64,000 nt of DNA from Eledone cirrhosa (GCA_964016885.1 OZ024763.1:23808001-23872000), one strand, 5' to 3'; shown: positions 40,805 to 60,200, numbered from the stretch's first letter. Notes: a model not told the origin generated them from the sequence alone. Program-made: numbers and translations.

Positions 40805-40901
40805 CATATATAATATATAAATACATATATATTATATATGTATATATATATATATGAAATATATATATATATAAATACATATATTATATATATATATATA
40901 T

Positions 40902-40972
<71 letters not shown>

Positions 40973-41037
40973 TATATAATATATAATATATATATATATA
41001 TTATATAATATATAATATATATATATATATTATATAA

Positions 41038-41074
<37 letters not shown>

Positions 41075-41258
41075 ATATATGTATATATATTATATAATAT
41101 ATGTATATATATATTATATAATATATGTATATATATATATATATATGAAATATATATATATATATTATATAATATATAAAAAATATAATATATACATTTT
41201 AAATATGTACATTATATATATATATATATATAATATATATATACAAAATATTATATAT

Positions 41259-41445
41259 GGCGGTGGATTGGCAGTATCGGTAGAGTCGGGCGCCATGCTT
41301 TGAAGCATAGAGTTACGTCCCTTTATGATCTGAGTACAAATCCCGCCGAGGTTAACTTTGCCTTTCATCCTTACGGGGTCGATAAAATAAAGTACCAGTA
41401 ATGTACTGGGTAATTGCTGGCCTTGTGCGCCTAAAATATAAACAA

Positions 41446-41447
<2 letters not shown>
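41259..41447 (+). mobile_element. Full-length family S tRNA-derived SINE
   Basis: tRNA-like head (tggcagtatcggtaga A box; gagtacaaatccc B-box-like), central gcctttcatccttacggggtcgataaaataaagtaccag (resembles the MetaSINE core as I recall it), A/T-rich tail. Confidence 0.9.
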
Positions 41448-41471
<24 letters not shown>

Positions 41472-41476
<5 letters not shown>

Positions 41477-41903
41477 AAAGTAGTTCTATTTAAATTGTTG
41501 GGATACAACAAGCAAATATTTTTTATAACTGATATAAAGCACTCAACAAATAATTGGAGTAAAAATACGATATGAACAAATGGAAACTATATTTATAAAA
41601 CCATATTTATTTCATTATACATATTTCAAGGACACCAAGTTAAATTATGGTGTGCTTTCATCAGATAAAATATAATAGAGAGCAGTTTTATAAATAGATA
41701 TTGACATAAATATTGATTACTGTTGGAAGCTCCAACAGTAATGGTTGCATTCTTTAAGGGTATGTCAATATTTATTAATAAAACTGCTCTATATTATATT
41801 TTATCTGATGAAAGCACACCATAATTTAACTTGGTGTCCTTGAAATATGTATAATGAAATAAATATGGTTTTATAAATATAGTTTCCATTTGTTAATATC
41901 GTA
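41472..41903. mobile_element. Family F fold-back element with hammerheads in both arms (41608-41672 minus; 41797-41861 plus)
   Basis: 41565-41708 is the reverse complement of 41761-41903; flanked by (TA)n on both sides. Confidence 0.9.
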
Positions 41904-42012
41904 TATACATATATATATATATATATAAAGTACCAGTAATGCACTGGGTATTTGCAGGCCTTGTGCCAAAAGTAGAAACAATTATATATATATACTATAT
42001 ATATATATACAA

Positions 42013-42061
<49 letters not shown>

Positions 42062-42336
42062 AAATATTATATATATATTAAATAGCCACGATCAATAGAA
42101 TTTTATGCATAAGAGTAGCGTTGCATAACAGTGAGATATATATTACACATCTCCACACACTTACAGACCAGCCGAAACCTTTTGGATTTTACTAACTTTC
42201 CTTTATCTCAGAAGAAAATCAAACACAGGAGGGAGAAGGAGTAGAACGAACAAAGCCGCCTATCTTCCTTCTCAGCCCACCTCCCTCCGGTCAATGCAAT
42301 TTCGTGCATAAGAGTAGTGCTACGTGACTGACTGAC

Positions 42337-42510
42337 TGGCACTCCGTCGGTTATGACAACGAGTGTTCCAGTTAATCCGATCAACGTGAAATTAACGTGC
42401 AAATGGCTGAGCATTCCACAGACACGCGTACAGACACGCGTACCCTTAACTTAGTTCTCAGGGAGATTAGCGTGACATAAAATGTGACAAAAACTGGTCC
42501 TTCGAATTAC
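42337..42510. mobile_element. Fragment of another interspersed repeat (octopus SINE-like)
   Basis: ggcactccgtcggttatgac...gtgaaattaacgtgcaaatggctgagcattccacagacacgcgtacccttaac, recalled as a common octopus repeat; not verified. Confidence 0.55.
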
Positions 42511-43347
42511 CGCATATTAAGATATATAGCACCAGTAGAAAATGCACAGAGAAAAAAAAAACCTTTACATATGTCGAACAGACAAATGCCTCTGTACTTC
42601 GCCAGCCACATCCCTGGCGTGCAATTTCGCAAACTAAGTGGGTTATTTGCACTTTTATTGCAAAACAAAGCAACAGTTAGGAAAACTTCTCTGTTGGTAA
42701 GATGTATATGAAAGTATAACACAATAAAGAATGGAGATAGCAATAAATAGCAAAGATGGTAAGGGGGTTAAAATGAAGCACGTGTTACCAATAAGCAAAA
42801 CCATCTAACTTCCTCACCGACCAACTCTTGTGAAATGCAGTTTCGTGCATAAGCGTTGGGTTGTACAATTTGGAGTTCAGGTTACAATACGATTTCAATA
42901 AGCCGTCGGAAAAGACGAATAGGAAACAGCACAACAGCATAGAGTCTTTCGACTTGGACAGGAACGCGAGGAGGTAACCAAATACTAATATGCAGATAGG
43001 TACACACACACACGCGCACGCACGCACACACACATATATATATATATAAAGATAGTAAAATAGATATACGCACACACAACTATATATATATATATATATA
43101 TATATACATAAATTTATCTGAGTCCATACATATACATACATATGTATATAGGAAAAGGTATGACCCCGACGGCAGAGCTCAAGCCGTTTCGACGACTATT
43201 TCTATATTGGTCCAGAAATAGCCGTCGAAACGGCTTGAGCTCTGCCGTCGGGAATCATACTTTTTCCTATTACCCACTCTACTACCCTAAGTATTGAGTA
43301 CTCTGGTGCGTTATGGTCAATCTGGTTCCTTACCACAATTCCTTCGT

Positions 43348-43379
<32 letters not shown>

Positions 43380-43408
43380 TCTGAGTACACTCACACACAC
43401 ACACACAC

Positions 43409-43438
<30 letters not shown>

Positions 43439-43446
<8 letters not shown>

Positions 43447-43734
43447 ATACTTTGGGAGGGTCATGTTGCCAATAAGAAACACACGCACCAGTTGCTTTCA
43501 TTTCAATTTAATTTATTATATATTTATAAATTTCTGGTTGGTTGGTTGGTTCCCCAACCAACCAACCAGAAATTTATAAATTTGTAAATTTATAAATATA
43601 TAATAAATTAAATTGAAGTGAAAGCAACTGGTGCGTGTGTTTCTTATTGGCAACATGACCCTCCCAAAGTATAACAATATCGGTTTCAACACACGATTTC
43701 AGATAAAGAATCTTGCTAAACAAATTCAGAAACG

Positions 43735-43737
<3 letters not shown>
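43439..43737 (+). mobile_element. Fold-back copy of the 3' terminus of the 13783-14670 Penelope-like element
   Basis: 43555-43737 is the reverse complement of 13783-13963 (same ...cagaaacgaa-(ta)n end); 43439-43552 is its inverted duplicate. Confidence 0.9.
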
Positions 43738-43784
<47 letters not shown>

Positions 43785-43917
43785 TCCGTGTACTTGTAGT
43801 ATACAATTAAAAAAATCATCTTTAAGACTCTTTGCTCGGAAGAATATAGCGAAGCTATAAATATATAGATACCTCACTGCCTGTACAATTAGCTTAGAGT
43901 TTTGTTGAAGCATTGTG

Positions 43918-44610
43918 TAGGTGGTGGTGAGAGTGGTCGTGGTGGTCGTGGTGGTGGTGAGAGTGGTGGTGGTGGTGATGTTGGTCGTAGTAGAGCAGGT
44001 AGTATTGCTGGTGGTGGCGGTGATGGTGTAATTTCGGTGGTGCTGGCGATAGTGGTGGTTGGTGTGGTGGTGGTTGGTATGGTGGTGGTAGTGGTGGTTG
44101 GTGTGGTGGTGGTAGTGGTGATGATGGTTGTGTACTAGTGCTGATTCTTGTGATGGTGGTGGTGGTGGTAGTGGTGATGGTGTGGTGGTGGTTGGTATGG
44201 TGGTGGTTGAGGTGGTGGTGGTAGTGGTGATGATGGTTGTGTACTAGTGGTGGTTCTTGTGATGGTGGTGGTGGTGGTGGTAGTAGTGATGGTGCCGTGG
44301 TGGTTGGTGTGGTGGTGGTTGAGGTGGTGGTGGTGGTAGTGGTGATGATGGTTGTGTACTAGTGGTGGTTCTTGTGATGGTGGTGGTGGTGGTAGTGGTG
44401 ATGGTGTGGTGGTGGTTGGTATGGTGGTGGTGGTAGTGGTGATGATGGTTGTGTATTAGTGGTGGTTCTTGTGATGGTGGTGGTGGTGGTGGTAGTGGTG
44501 ATGATGGTTGTGTACTAGTGGTGGTTCTTGTGATGGTGGTGTATTGGAGCTGGTCGTAGTAGTGCAGGTACTGTAGGTGGTGGTGGTGGTGGTGGTTGTT
44601 GTGGTGGCGG
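43918..44610. repeat. (GGT)n-based minisatellite
   Basis: gtgatgatggttgtgtactagtggtggttcttgtgatgg recurs. Confidence 0.85.
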
Positions 44611-44684
44611 TGCTGAGAATAACGAGGTCAAAATGAATGAAAATTGATTGATTTCGCATATATATATATATAAGTACACACACA

Positions 44685-44716
<32 letters not shown>

Positions 44717-44855
44717 CATTCGCTCACACATATATGTGTATGTACACACACACATCGACAGACTCACACACATATATACATATACACACATCCACATCCA
44801 GACACACACACACATATATACATATACACACATCGTCAGACACACACACATATAT

Positions 44856-44903
<48 letters not shown>

Positions 44904-44952
44904 CAATATAACATGTATATATATATATATATATACACATATCAATATAACG

Positions 44953-44983
<31 letters not shown>

Positions 44984-44992
44984 CAATATAAC

Positions 44993-45023
<31 letters not shown>

Positions 45024-45779
45024 AAGGTGGAGAGACAGAGAGACAGACCGACACACACATGTATACATACACACACCGAGAGAGACACACACACATATAT
45101 ATGTATATATATATACACACACAGATCTATATAACATGTATATATAACGAAGGAATTGTGGTAAGGAACCAGATGGACCATAACGCACCAGAGTACTCAA
45201 TACTTAGGGTAGTAGAGTGGGTAATAGGAAAATGTATGACCCCGACGGCAGAGCTCAAGCTGTTTCGACGGCTAATTCTGGACTGTCTAGAAATAGCCGT
45301 CGAAACGGCTTGAGCTCTGCCGTCGGGGTCATACTTTTTCCTATAATATATATATATTAGAGAGAGAGAGACAGACAAACCAACACACACATATATATAC
45401 ACACACACAGATCTGTATAACATATATATATATATATATTTATTTCCTTCTACCAAGCCAATCAATACCCTTTCTGTTAGTTGTGGAAGATTTGATCTAA
45501 TTGTCAGTTTGACTATTACATCTTGTAATATTGTTGTTGTTGTTGTTGTTGTATATTGTTATTTCTGTTGTTATTCTGATGTTGTTGTCGTTGGTATTGT
45601 GATGTTATTGTTGTTTTTGATGTTAATGTGCTGTGTTATTGTTATTGTGATATCGTTGTTCTGGTGTTGTTGTTCTTCTTATGTTATTGTTGTAATATTG
45701 TTGCTGTAGTTTTTGTTATTGTAATATTGTTGTTATTATTAGGATGTTGTGATATTATTGTTGTTGTTGTTGCTTGTTT

Positions 45780-46350
45780 AAAATACCCGAAAAACCTTTG
45801 AAATACAGCCTCGTAGGAGGTCAGCCAAACCTACACACGAGTCAGCTGTAACAACAACATGGCAGGACTGGGGCCCCTAACATTAAAACATTCAAAAAAT
45901 CTCCTATGAGATACAACCTTGAAGGAAGCCAGTATTAAGATCCCTATCATTAAATCACCAAAGAAACCTCGTAGGAGGTCAGCTAAACCTACATAGGTAT
46001 AAGCTGTAATAACAATATGGTAGAACTGGGGTCCCTATTATTGAAACATCCAAGAAATCTCCTATGAGATGCAATCTTGAAGGAGGCCACTACTGGGGTC
46101 CCTATTATTAAAACACCCACGAAACCTTATATGGGATACAACCTCGTAGGAGGTTAAACCTACATAGGTATGAGTTGTAACAACTACGGCAATTATAAGA
46201 CTGGGGTGCCTATCATTAACACATCCGAGAAACCTCTTATGAAATACAGCCTTGTAGGAGGCCAGCTAAGCCTTCATATGAGTGAGCGGTAACAACACCA
46301 ACAGGACAAGACTGGGGTCCATATCATTAAACACCCGAGAAACCTTCTAT
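45780..46350. repeat. Degenerate tandem repeat with alternating subunits
   Basis: cctcgtaggaggtcagctaaacctac / ctggggtccctatcattaaacacccgagaaacctc motifs recur 4-6 times. Confidence 0.75.
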
Positions 46351-46449
46351 TAGAGGGGAGTTATAAATTCAATTTTCATTTCCTTTACGGGATCAATAGA
46401 TAAGAATTACCAGAGCTTTTGAAAGAAATAACTACCGTTAAATTAGAAG

Positions 46450-46667
46450 TTAATGATGGTTTCTGATTTAGGCACAAGGCCAACAATTTTTTTGAAGAGA
46501 AGGGGAAAGTCAATTAAATCGACTCCAGTGCGTGACAGGTACTTTATTTTATCGACCCCGTAAGGATGAAAGGCAAAGTTAACCTCGGCGGGATTTGAAC
46601 TCAGAATGGCAAGGGCCGTAACTCTATGCGTCAAAGCATGGCATCCGACCCTCTACCGATACTGCCA
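46450..46667 (-). mobile_element. Family S SINE (long variant)
   Basis: Reverse complement of the consensus, with the extra atcgactccagtg insert. Confidence 0.85.
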
Positions 46668-46796
46668 TAATGACAACTGGATGGTTACTTCTACTGCTTT
46701 GGCCCTGTCAAGTCCTTAACAAGGACGACTAGAGACAGATAGTACTTTCCAGAATATACATACATGCATCGTTTGTTGTAAAGCTCTACCAATAAT

Positions 46797-46980
46797 TGTT
46801 TCTACTTTAGGCACAAGGCCAGCAAATACCCAGTGCATTACTGGTACTTTATTTTATCGACCCCATAAGGATGAGAGGCAAAGTCAACTTCAGGGAGATT
46901 TGAACTCAGATCGTAAAGGGACGTAACTATGCTGGAAAGCATGGCGTCCGACTCTCTACTGATACTGCCAATCCACCGCC
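46797..46980 (-). mobile_element. Full-length family S SINE with an 11-bp TSD
   Basis: ctaccaataat at 46786-46796 and 46981-46991. Confidence 0.92.
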
Positions 46981-47217
46981 CTACCAATAATAACACCATT
47001 ATATAGTACTGGGCATCGAGTCCATTTTAGAAATAAAATAACAAACAACGAGAGAGGGGGGAGGGAGATAGGGGGAGGGGGAATAATGCCTTTGAAACTA
47101 CAATTAACTTAGAAAATTAATGTGGCGTAAATTTATAAGAGCCCTGTATTGTATCCGGAAGGTGTGGTAGAAGTTTCATTTAATTCCTTACACACACACA
47201 TATATATATATTTGTAC

Positions 47218-47276
<59 letters not shown>

Positions 47277-47442
47277 GATATAAACACATATATATGCATA
47301 ATATATATAAAATGCATATATGTACATATATGTACTTACATACGTACATCTTATACATATATATTTGTTAATATATGTACATATATACACACACACACAC
47401 ATATATATACACACACACACATATATATATACAAACATACAT

Positions 47443-47473
<31 letters not shown>

Positions 47474-48580
47474 CACATATATATAAAGACAGACAGACAT
47501 ATTAACTAATTATATTACAAAGGTATTTTCTAATCCCCCCCCCCCCCAAAAAAAAAATTATCACCGCCACCACCGCCGCTACCACAGGTTAATAGTTGTT
47601 GTTTGCTTGGCTTCCTGTCTTGTCTGACACACCCGACTGTTGTTTTAACGACACCACCGCCACTACCATCACCGCCACCGACACTACTACCACTACCACC
47701 ACAACCACCCCCAAAACATCCCCCCACTCTGACACCACTACCAACATTACCAACATCACCGACACCACTACCACCAACATCGCCGGCACCATCATCACCA
47801 CTATTACCGACATCACTACCACCATTACCATCACCAATATCGCCGACACCACCACCACGATCCCCGGCACCATCCCCAAACAGTATCAACAACAGTATCA
47901 ACATAACCAATAGCAGTAACAACAACAGTAACAACAACAGTAACAACAACAACGCCAACGGCAGTAACAGTAACAACAACAACAAGAACAACACTAGCAG
48001 TAACAACAACAACACTAACAGTAAAAACAACAACAACACTAACAACAACAACAACAACCACTATAAATAGATAATATTGAGCTGAAATATCTTAAATATA
48101 AACTACAACCGTCTAAGAATTTTGTTTTTCCTAGCGAAATATTTTTCATAACTGTATGACGTGAGAGACAATATGTTGCCTTAAAAAGCAACAAAACTGG
48201 GAAAAAACAACTTCCAAACGGGAAAAAAACAACCATAAAAACAGCAAATCCAATGAACAAACAAAAAATATAAATAAAATATAAATAAAATATTGTATAA
48301 TTCATAAAAATCTGAAAATCAAAGACGTGGAAAATATATATATATATATTTTTTTTGAGTTTATCGAAATAGCGAAATGGAAAAATTGAAAACATAGACA
48401 CGCAATGAAAGTAAAGGAAACTTCACTTAACAGGGGGCACGATAGAATCGTATTTAAGCATCTAAGCGCATCATCGCTGGTCTGTCTGTCTGTCTGTCAG
48501 TCTATATTTCTATCTGTCTTTTCTCTACCTTGATATGTGTGAGTTGTGAACATCTGTATATTTTCTCTCTCTCTTAGTCA

Positions 48581-48677
<97 letters not shown>

Positions 48678-48737
48678 TATATATATATATGTGTGTATGT
48701 GAATGTGTATGTATGTATCTATATGTACGTGTGTGTA

Positions 48738-48776
<39 letters not shown>

Positions 48777-49107
48777 ATGCATGTGTGTGTGAATACGAAC
48801 AAACTAGTTTGAATGAAACTACGAAAACAACATCATCATCTCCAACAGCAACCGGAAATGTTATGCAACACCAACACCCCCACAAGCAACACCACCACTA
48901 CCATGCTATAACCTAAACTGACTTGAGGTATTGCTGACTTATCTTTAAAATAAACTGCTGCCTAAACCATTTTCCGTGTGAGCTGGCACAATAGGTTGTC
49001 TTAAAAACTATATATATATATATGTGTGTGTGTGTGTATATATATGTATATATATACATACATATATATATATATATATATATGTGTGTGTATATATGTA
49101 TATATAT

Positions 49108-49151
<44 letters not shown>

Positions 49152-49393
49152 ATATATGTATATATATACATATATACATATATATGTGTATATAGGTAAT
49201 ATATATATATGATAACAATAATGTATATGTATATAGATAAATATATATATAGATAGATATTTAAATGTGTGTATATATATATCTATATATATCAATATAT
49301 ATATAGATATATATATACATGTTCATATGTAGATATGTATATATACATATATACACACATATACGTGTATATATATATACGCTCACACACACA

Positions 49394-49445
<52 letters not shown>

Positions 49446-49563
49446 TTATAATACTAAACACGAAACAGTAAAAACGAAGATAAAAACAATGACAACAAGG
49501 AAGTACGTTACTGTTTTGTGTTTGTCATGTGATCAATGTCTGTATTACAGCATAGGTACATGT

Positions 49564-49608
<45 letters not shown>

Positions 49609-49807
49609 AGTAAGTAAGACCCCGACGGCTGATCTCAAGCCGTTTCGACGGCTAATTCTGTACTAATTGAGTACAGAATTAGCCGTCGAAACGGCTTAAG
49701 CTCAGCCGTCGGGGTCTTACTTACTCCTATTACCCACTCTACTACCCTAAGTATTGAGTACTTTGGTGCGTTATGGTCCACCTGGTTCCTTACCACTTTT
49801 CCTTCGC

Positions 49808-52152
<2,345 letters not shown>

Positions 52153-52153
52153 A

Positions 52154-52234
52154 ATTTGGCTGTCACGTGAACAAGTTTTCATTACATTTTTGCGCAAAAA
52201 TGTAATGAAAACTTGTTCACGTGACAGCCAAATT
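52154..52234. repeat. Essentially perfect ~80-bp palindrome abutting (TA)n
   Basis: aatttggctgtcacgtgaacaagttttcattacattttt gcgc aaaaatgtaatgaaaacttgttcacgtgacagccaaatt. Confidence 0.9.
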
Positions 52235-52589
52235 TCATTTATAACCAACCAAAAAAAAAGCCTTCGTGAGCCTCATTTTTTCAAGTAAAAAGAAATTCAA
52301 ACACTCATATATGAAAAAAACAACCTGTGACAACCCCCCCCCCTCTCTTATTTGAAGAACTATTGTAACGCGAACTGGCGCGAAATTTATTATAATTATT
52401 GACAAACCAATCAAATTACTTCTCGAAAAACCTGGCTTTCGAGCCACTTTTTCCATATAAAACAAGTAACATTTAGAGACCAACCAGATGTGAGAAAAAC
52501 CACAGACCCTCCATCTCAACTCACCTTTTGAAACGCAGAAGAACTGCGAAACCGGTAAAGGAACCAAATAAATATATATATTTTTAAAA

Positions 52590-53761
<1,172 letters not shown>

Positions 53762-53762
53762 G

Positions 53763-53867
<105 letters not shown>

Positions 53868-53892
53868 ATATATATATATATATATATATATT

Positions 53893-54104
<212 letters not shown>

Positions 54105-54514
54105 GATAAATCTACCAAGAGTTTACGGTAGTGTCCAATCCGTATGAAGAACTCAATGTAATCCGGATATCATGGAAAGAAGAGATGCAATGAAAAATCA
54201 CTTTCGGTGAAAGATAAACGGAATACAGAGTCAAGATAAAATATTAAAAAAATAATGAATAAAACAATGAAACAGTTCACGATCGTTTCTAGGATATATA
54301 TGTGTTAGAATTGGCATGCATATTCAACATATTGTACAAAATTATACAAAAATATATATATATACATATATGTATATACATATATATATATATACACACA
54401 TAAACAGCTATAAATTTCGTTAGTTTCACATCTCCCCTGTTTAACATTCACAACAGTACACTGTCATATAGCACAGGGGGAGAGGGCGGAGGAAGGATTT
54501 TTGGTAAGTTGCTT

Positions 54515-54905
54515 CATCACCACCACCACCATCACCACCATCATCACTATCACCATCACCACCATCAGCAGCATCTTAACCCTCATCACCATCACCATCA
54601 TCACCAGCATTATCATCACTATCATCTTCATCATCATCACTGTCAACATCATCATCACCACCATCATCATCATCATCATCCCTGTCAACGTCATCATCAT
54701 CGTCACGTAGTAGCAGCAGCAGCAGCAGGAGCAGCCGGAGTAGTAGTAATAGCAGTAGAGCAGCAGTAGTAGTAGGAGGAGCAGCAGTAGTAGTAGCAGC
54801 AGCAGTAATAGTGGTAGCAGTAGTAGTAGTAGTAGTAGTAGTAGCAGTAGTAGCAGTAGTAGCAGTAGTAGCAGCAGCAGCAGTAGTAGCAGTAGTAGTA
54901 GTAGT

Positions 54906-54937
<32 letters not shown>

Positions 54938-55214
54938 CAGTAGTAGTAGTAGTAGTAGTCGCAGCAGTAGTAGTAGTAGTAGTCGCAGCAGTAGCAGTAG
55001 TAGTAGTAGTAGGGGCGGCAGTAGTAGTAGTAGTAGTCACAGCGGCAGTAGTAGTAGTAGCAGGAGAAGCGGTAGCAGGAGCAGCATTAGTAGTAGTAGT
55101 AGTAGTAGTAGTGCCAGAAGTAGTAGTAGCAGTAGTAGTAGTAGTAGCAGCAGCAGTAGTAGTAGTAGCAGTAGTAGTAGCAGTAGTAGTAGCAGTAGTA
55201 GTAGTAGTAGAAGG

Positions 55215-55257
<43 letters not shown>

Positions 55258-55260
55258 TTG
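54515..55260. repeat. (CAT/CAC)n followed by (GTA/GCA)n repeats
   Basis: Directly visible. Confidence 0.9.
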
Positions 55261-55380
55261 TTCTTCGTATTACTGTTGTATTTATTAGAGCCAAGGAAAA
55301 TCACAGTTGAGTAATCTTTGGCGTCTGGTTAAAAGGATTTTTAGTGTTACAGCGCCACAGGGAACCATGTTAAATATTGT

Positions 55381-57262
55381 ATACTGTATTGTAACACTAC
55401 TGCACCACCACCTATACTACACCACCACCACTACTACACTACTTCTACTACATCACTACTACTGTATTGTAACACTACTGCACCACCACCTATACTACAC
55501 CACCACCACTACTACACTACTTCTACTACATCACTACTACTGTATTGTAACACTACTGCACCACCACCTATACTACACCACCACCACTACTACACTACTT
55601 CTACTACATCACTACTACTGTATTGTAACACTACTGCACCACCACCTATACTACACCACCACCACTACTACACTACTTCTACTACATCACTACTACTGTA
55701 TTGTAACACTACTGCACCACCACCTATACTACACCACCACCACTACTACACTACTTCTACTACATCACTACTACTGTATTGTAACACTACTACACCCCCA
55801 CCTATACTACACCGCCGCCACCACTACACTACCTCTACTACAACACTACTACTGTATTGTGACACTACTACACCACCACCTATACTACACTACTACACTA
55901 CTTCTACTACATCACTACTACTGTATTGTAACACTACTACACCCCCACCTATACTACACCGCCGCCACCACTACACTACCTCTACTACATCACTACTACT
56001 GTATTGTAACACTACTACACCACCACCTATACTACACCGCCACCACTACTACACTACCTATACTACACCACCACCACTACTACACTACTTCTACTACATC
56101 ACTACTACACCACCACCTATACTACACCACTACCACTACTACACTACTTCTACTACATCACTACTACACCACCACCTATACTACACCACTACCACTACTA
56201 CACTACTTCTACTACATCACTACTACACCACCACCTATACTACACCACCACCACTACTACACTACTTCTACTACATCACTACTACACCACCACCTATACT
56301 ACACCACTACCACTACTACACTACTTCTACTATATCACTACTACACCACCACCTATACTACACCACTACCACTACTACACTACTTCTACTACATCACTAC
56401 TACTGTATTGTAACACTACTACACCCCCACCTATACTACACCGCCGCCAATACTACACTACCTCTACTACAACACTACTACTGTATTGTGACACTACTAC
56501 ACCACCACCTATACTACACTACTACACTACTTCTACTACATCACTACTACTGTATTGTAACACTACTACACTCCCACCTATACTACACCGCCACCACCAC
56601 TACACTACCTCTACTACATCACTACTACTGTATTGTAACACTACTACACCACCACCTATACTACACTACTACACTACTTCTACTACATCACTACTACTGT
56701 ATTGTAACACTACTACACCACCACCTATACTACACCGCCGCCACCACTACACTACCTCTACTACATCACTACTACTGTATTGTAACACTACTACACCACC
56801 ACCTATACTACACCGCCACCACTACTACACTACCTCTACTACACCACCACCACTACTACACTACCTCTACTACAACACTACTACTGTATTGTAACACTAC
56901 TACACCACCACCTATACTCCACCGCCACCACTACTACACAACCTATACTACAACACTACTGCTGTATTGTAACACTACTACACCACCACCTATACTACAC
57001 CACCACCTATACTACACTACATCTACTACACCACCACCTATACTACACCACTACCACTACTACATCTACTACACCACCACCTATACTACACCACCACCAC
57101 TACTACACTACCTCTACTATACCACCACTACTGTATTGTAACACTACTACAGCACCACCTATACTACACCGCCACCACCACTAAACTACCTCTACTACAC
57201 CACCACCACTATATCACTATCACTATCACTTTACCACCACCACCACCACCACCACCACCACT
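55381..57262. repeat. ~78-bp minisatellite built on TAC/CAC triplets, degenerating distally
   Basis: tactgtattgtaacactactgcaccaccacctatactac units at a 78-bp period. Confidence 0.9.
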
Positions 57263-57270
57263 ATGATGAT

Positions 57271-60200
57271 GGTGCACTGGGAACAGTTAATAGAAAGTTG
57301 GATGCATGGGTTAGATTTAGAGAAGTGTAGAATTACCATTAGGACGAGATTGTTGCAGAAAACAGCATTGCTAGGAACAGCAGGGATTCTAAGGTGCCGT
57401 GTGCAGAAAACAGCATTGCTAGGAACAGCAGGGATTCTAAGGTGCCGTGTGCAGAAAAGAGCATTGCTAGGAACAGCAGGGATTCTAAGGTGCCGTGTGC
57501 AGAAAACAGCATTGCTAGGAACAGCAGGGATTCTAAGGTGCCGTGTGCAGAAAAGAGCATTGCTAGGAACAGCAGGGATTCTAAGGTGCCGTGTGCAGAA
57601 AAGAGCATTGCTAGGAACAGCAGGGATTCTAAGGTGCTGTGTGCAGAAAACAGCATTGCTAGGAACAGCAAGGATTCTAAGGTGCCGTGTGCAGAAAAGA
57701 GCATTGCTAGGAACAGCAGGGATTCTAAGGTGCCGTGTGCAGAAAACAGCATTGCTAGGAACAGCAGGGATTCTAAGGTGCCGTGTGCAGAAAACAGCAT
57801 TGCTAGGAACAGCAGGGATTCTAAGGTGCCGTGTGCAGAAAACAGCATTGCTAGGAACAGCAGGGATTCTAAGGTGCCGTGTGCAGAAAACAGCATTGCT
57901 AGGAACAGCAAGGATTCTAAGGTGCCGTGTGCAGAAAAGAGCATTGCTAGGAACAGCAGGGATTCTAAGGTGCCGTGTGCAGAAAAGAGCATTGCTAGGA
58001 ACAGCAGGGATTCTAAGGTGCCGTGTGCAGAAAACAGCATTGCTAGGAACAGCAGGGATTCTAAGGTGCCGTGTGCAGAAAACAGCATTGCTAGGAACAG
58101 CAGGGATTCTAAGGTGCCGTGTGCAGAAAACAGCATTGCTAGGAACAGCAAGGATTCTAAGGTGCCGTGTGCAGAAAACAGCATTGCTAGGAACAGGGAT
58201 TCTAAGGTGCCGTGTGCAGAAAAGAGCATTGCTAGGAACAGCAAGGATTCTAAGGTGCCGTGTGCAGAAAACAGCATTGCTAGGAACAGCAGGGATTCTA
58301 AGGTGCCGTGTGCAGAAAAGAGCATTGCTAGGAACAGCAAGGATTCTAAGGTGCCGTGTGCAGAAAACAGCATTGCTAGGAACAGCAAGGATTCTAAGGT
58401 GCCGTGTGCAGAAAACAGCATTGCTAGGAAGAGCAAGGATTCTAAGGTGCCGTGTGCAGAAAACAGCATTGCTAGGAAGAGCAAGGATTCTAAGGTGCCG
58501 TGTGCAGAAAACAGCATGGCTAGGAAGAGCAAGGATTCTAAGGTGCCGTGTGCAGAAAACAGCATTGCTAGGAACAGCAAGGATTCTAAGGTGCCGTGTG
58601 CAGAAAACAGCATTGCTAGGAAGAGCAAGGATTCTAAGGTGCCGTGTGCAGAAAACAGCAAGGATTCTAAGGTGCCGTGTGCAGAAAACAGCATTGCTAG
58701 GAACAGCAAGGATTCTAAGGTGCCGTGTGCAGAAAACAGCATTGCTAGGAAGAGCAAGGATTCTAAGGTGCCGTGTGCAGAAAACAGCATTGCTAGAAAG
58801 AGCAAGGATTCTAAGGTGCCGTGTGCAGAAAATAGCATTGCAAGGAACAGCAAGGATTCTAAGGTGCCGTGTGCAGAAAACAGCAAGGATTCTAAGGTGC
58901 CGTGTGCAGAAAACAGCATTGCTAGGAAGAGCAAGTATTCTAAGGTGCCGTGTGCAGAAAACAGCAAGGATTCTAAGGTGCCGTGTGCAGAAAACAGCAT
59001 TGCTAGGAAGAGCAAGGATTCTAAGGTGCCGTATGCAGAAAACAGCATTGCTAGGAACAGCAAGGATTCTAAGGTGCCGTGTGCAGAAAACAGCATTGCT
59101 AGGAACAGCAAGGATTCTAAGGTGCCGTGTGCAGAAAACAGCATTGCTAGGAACAGCAAGGATTCTAAGGTGCCGTGTGCAGAAAACAGCATTGCTAGGA
59201 ACAGCAAGGATTCTAAGGTGCCGTGTGCAGAAAACAGCAAGGATTCTAAGGTGCCGTGTGCAGAAAACAGCAAGTATTCTAAGGTGCCGTGTGCAGAAAA
59301 CAGCAAGGATTCTAAGGTGCCGTATGCAGAAAACAGCATTGCTAGGAACAGCAGGGATTCTAAGGTGCCGTGTGCAGAAAACAGCATTGCTAGGAACAGC
59401 AGGGATTCTAAGGTGCCGTGTGCAGAAAAGAGCATTGCTAGGAACAGCAGGGATTCTAAGGTGCCGTGTGCAGAAAACAGCATTGCTAGGAACAGCAGGG
59501 ATTCTAAGGTGCCGTGTGCAGAAAAGAGCATTGCTAGGAACAGCAGGGATTCTAAGGTGCCGTGTGCAGAAAAGAGCATTGCTAGGAACAGCAGGGATTC
59601 TAAGGTGCCGTGTGCAGAAAACAGCATTGCTAGGAACAGCAAGGATTCTAAGGTGCCGTGTGCAGAAAAGAGCATTGCTAGGAACAGCAGGGATTCTAAG
59701 GTGCCGTGTGCAGAAAACAGCATTGCTAGGAACAGCAGGGATTCTAAGGTGCCGTGTGCAGAAAACAGCATTGCTAGGAACAGCAGGGATTCTAAGGTGC
59801 CGTGTGCAGAAAACAGCATTGCTAGGAACAGCAGGGATTCTAAGGTGCCGTGTGCAGAAAACAGCATTGCTAGGAACAGCAAGGATTCTAAGGTGCCGTG
59901 TGCAGAAAAGAGCATTGCTAGGAACAGCAGGGATTCTAAGGTGCCGTGTGCAGAAAAGAGCATTGCTAGGAACAGCAGGGATTCTAAGGTGCCGTGTGCA
60001 GAAAACAGCATTGCTAGGAACAGCAGGGATTCTAAGGTGCCGTGTGCAGAAAACAGCATTGCTAGGAACAGCAGGGATTCTAAGGTGCCGTGTGCAGAAA
60101 ACAGCATTGCTAGGAACAGCAAGGATTCTAAGGTGCCGTGTGCAGAAAACAGCATTGCTAGGAACAGGGATTCTAAGGTGCCGTGTGCAGAAAAGAGCAT

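Noticed and set aside
41259-41350. tRNA gene
   Set aside because: This is the tRNA-like head of a multi-copy SINE with no complete cloverleaf; the same applies to 19110-19185.
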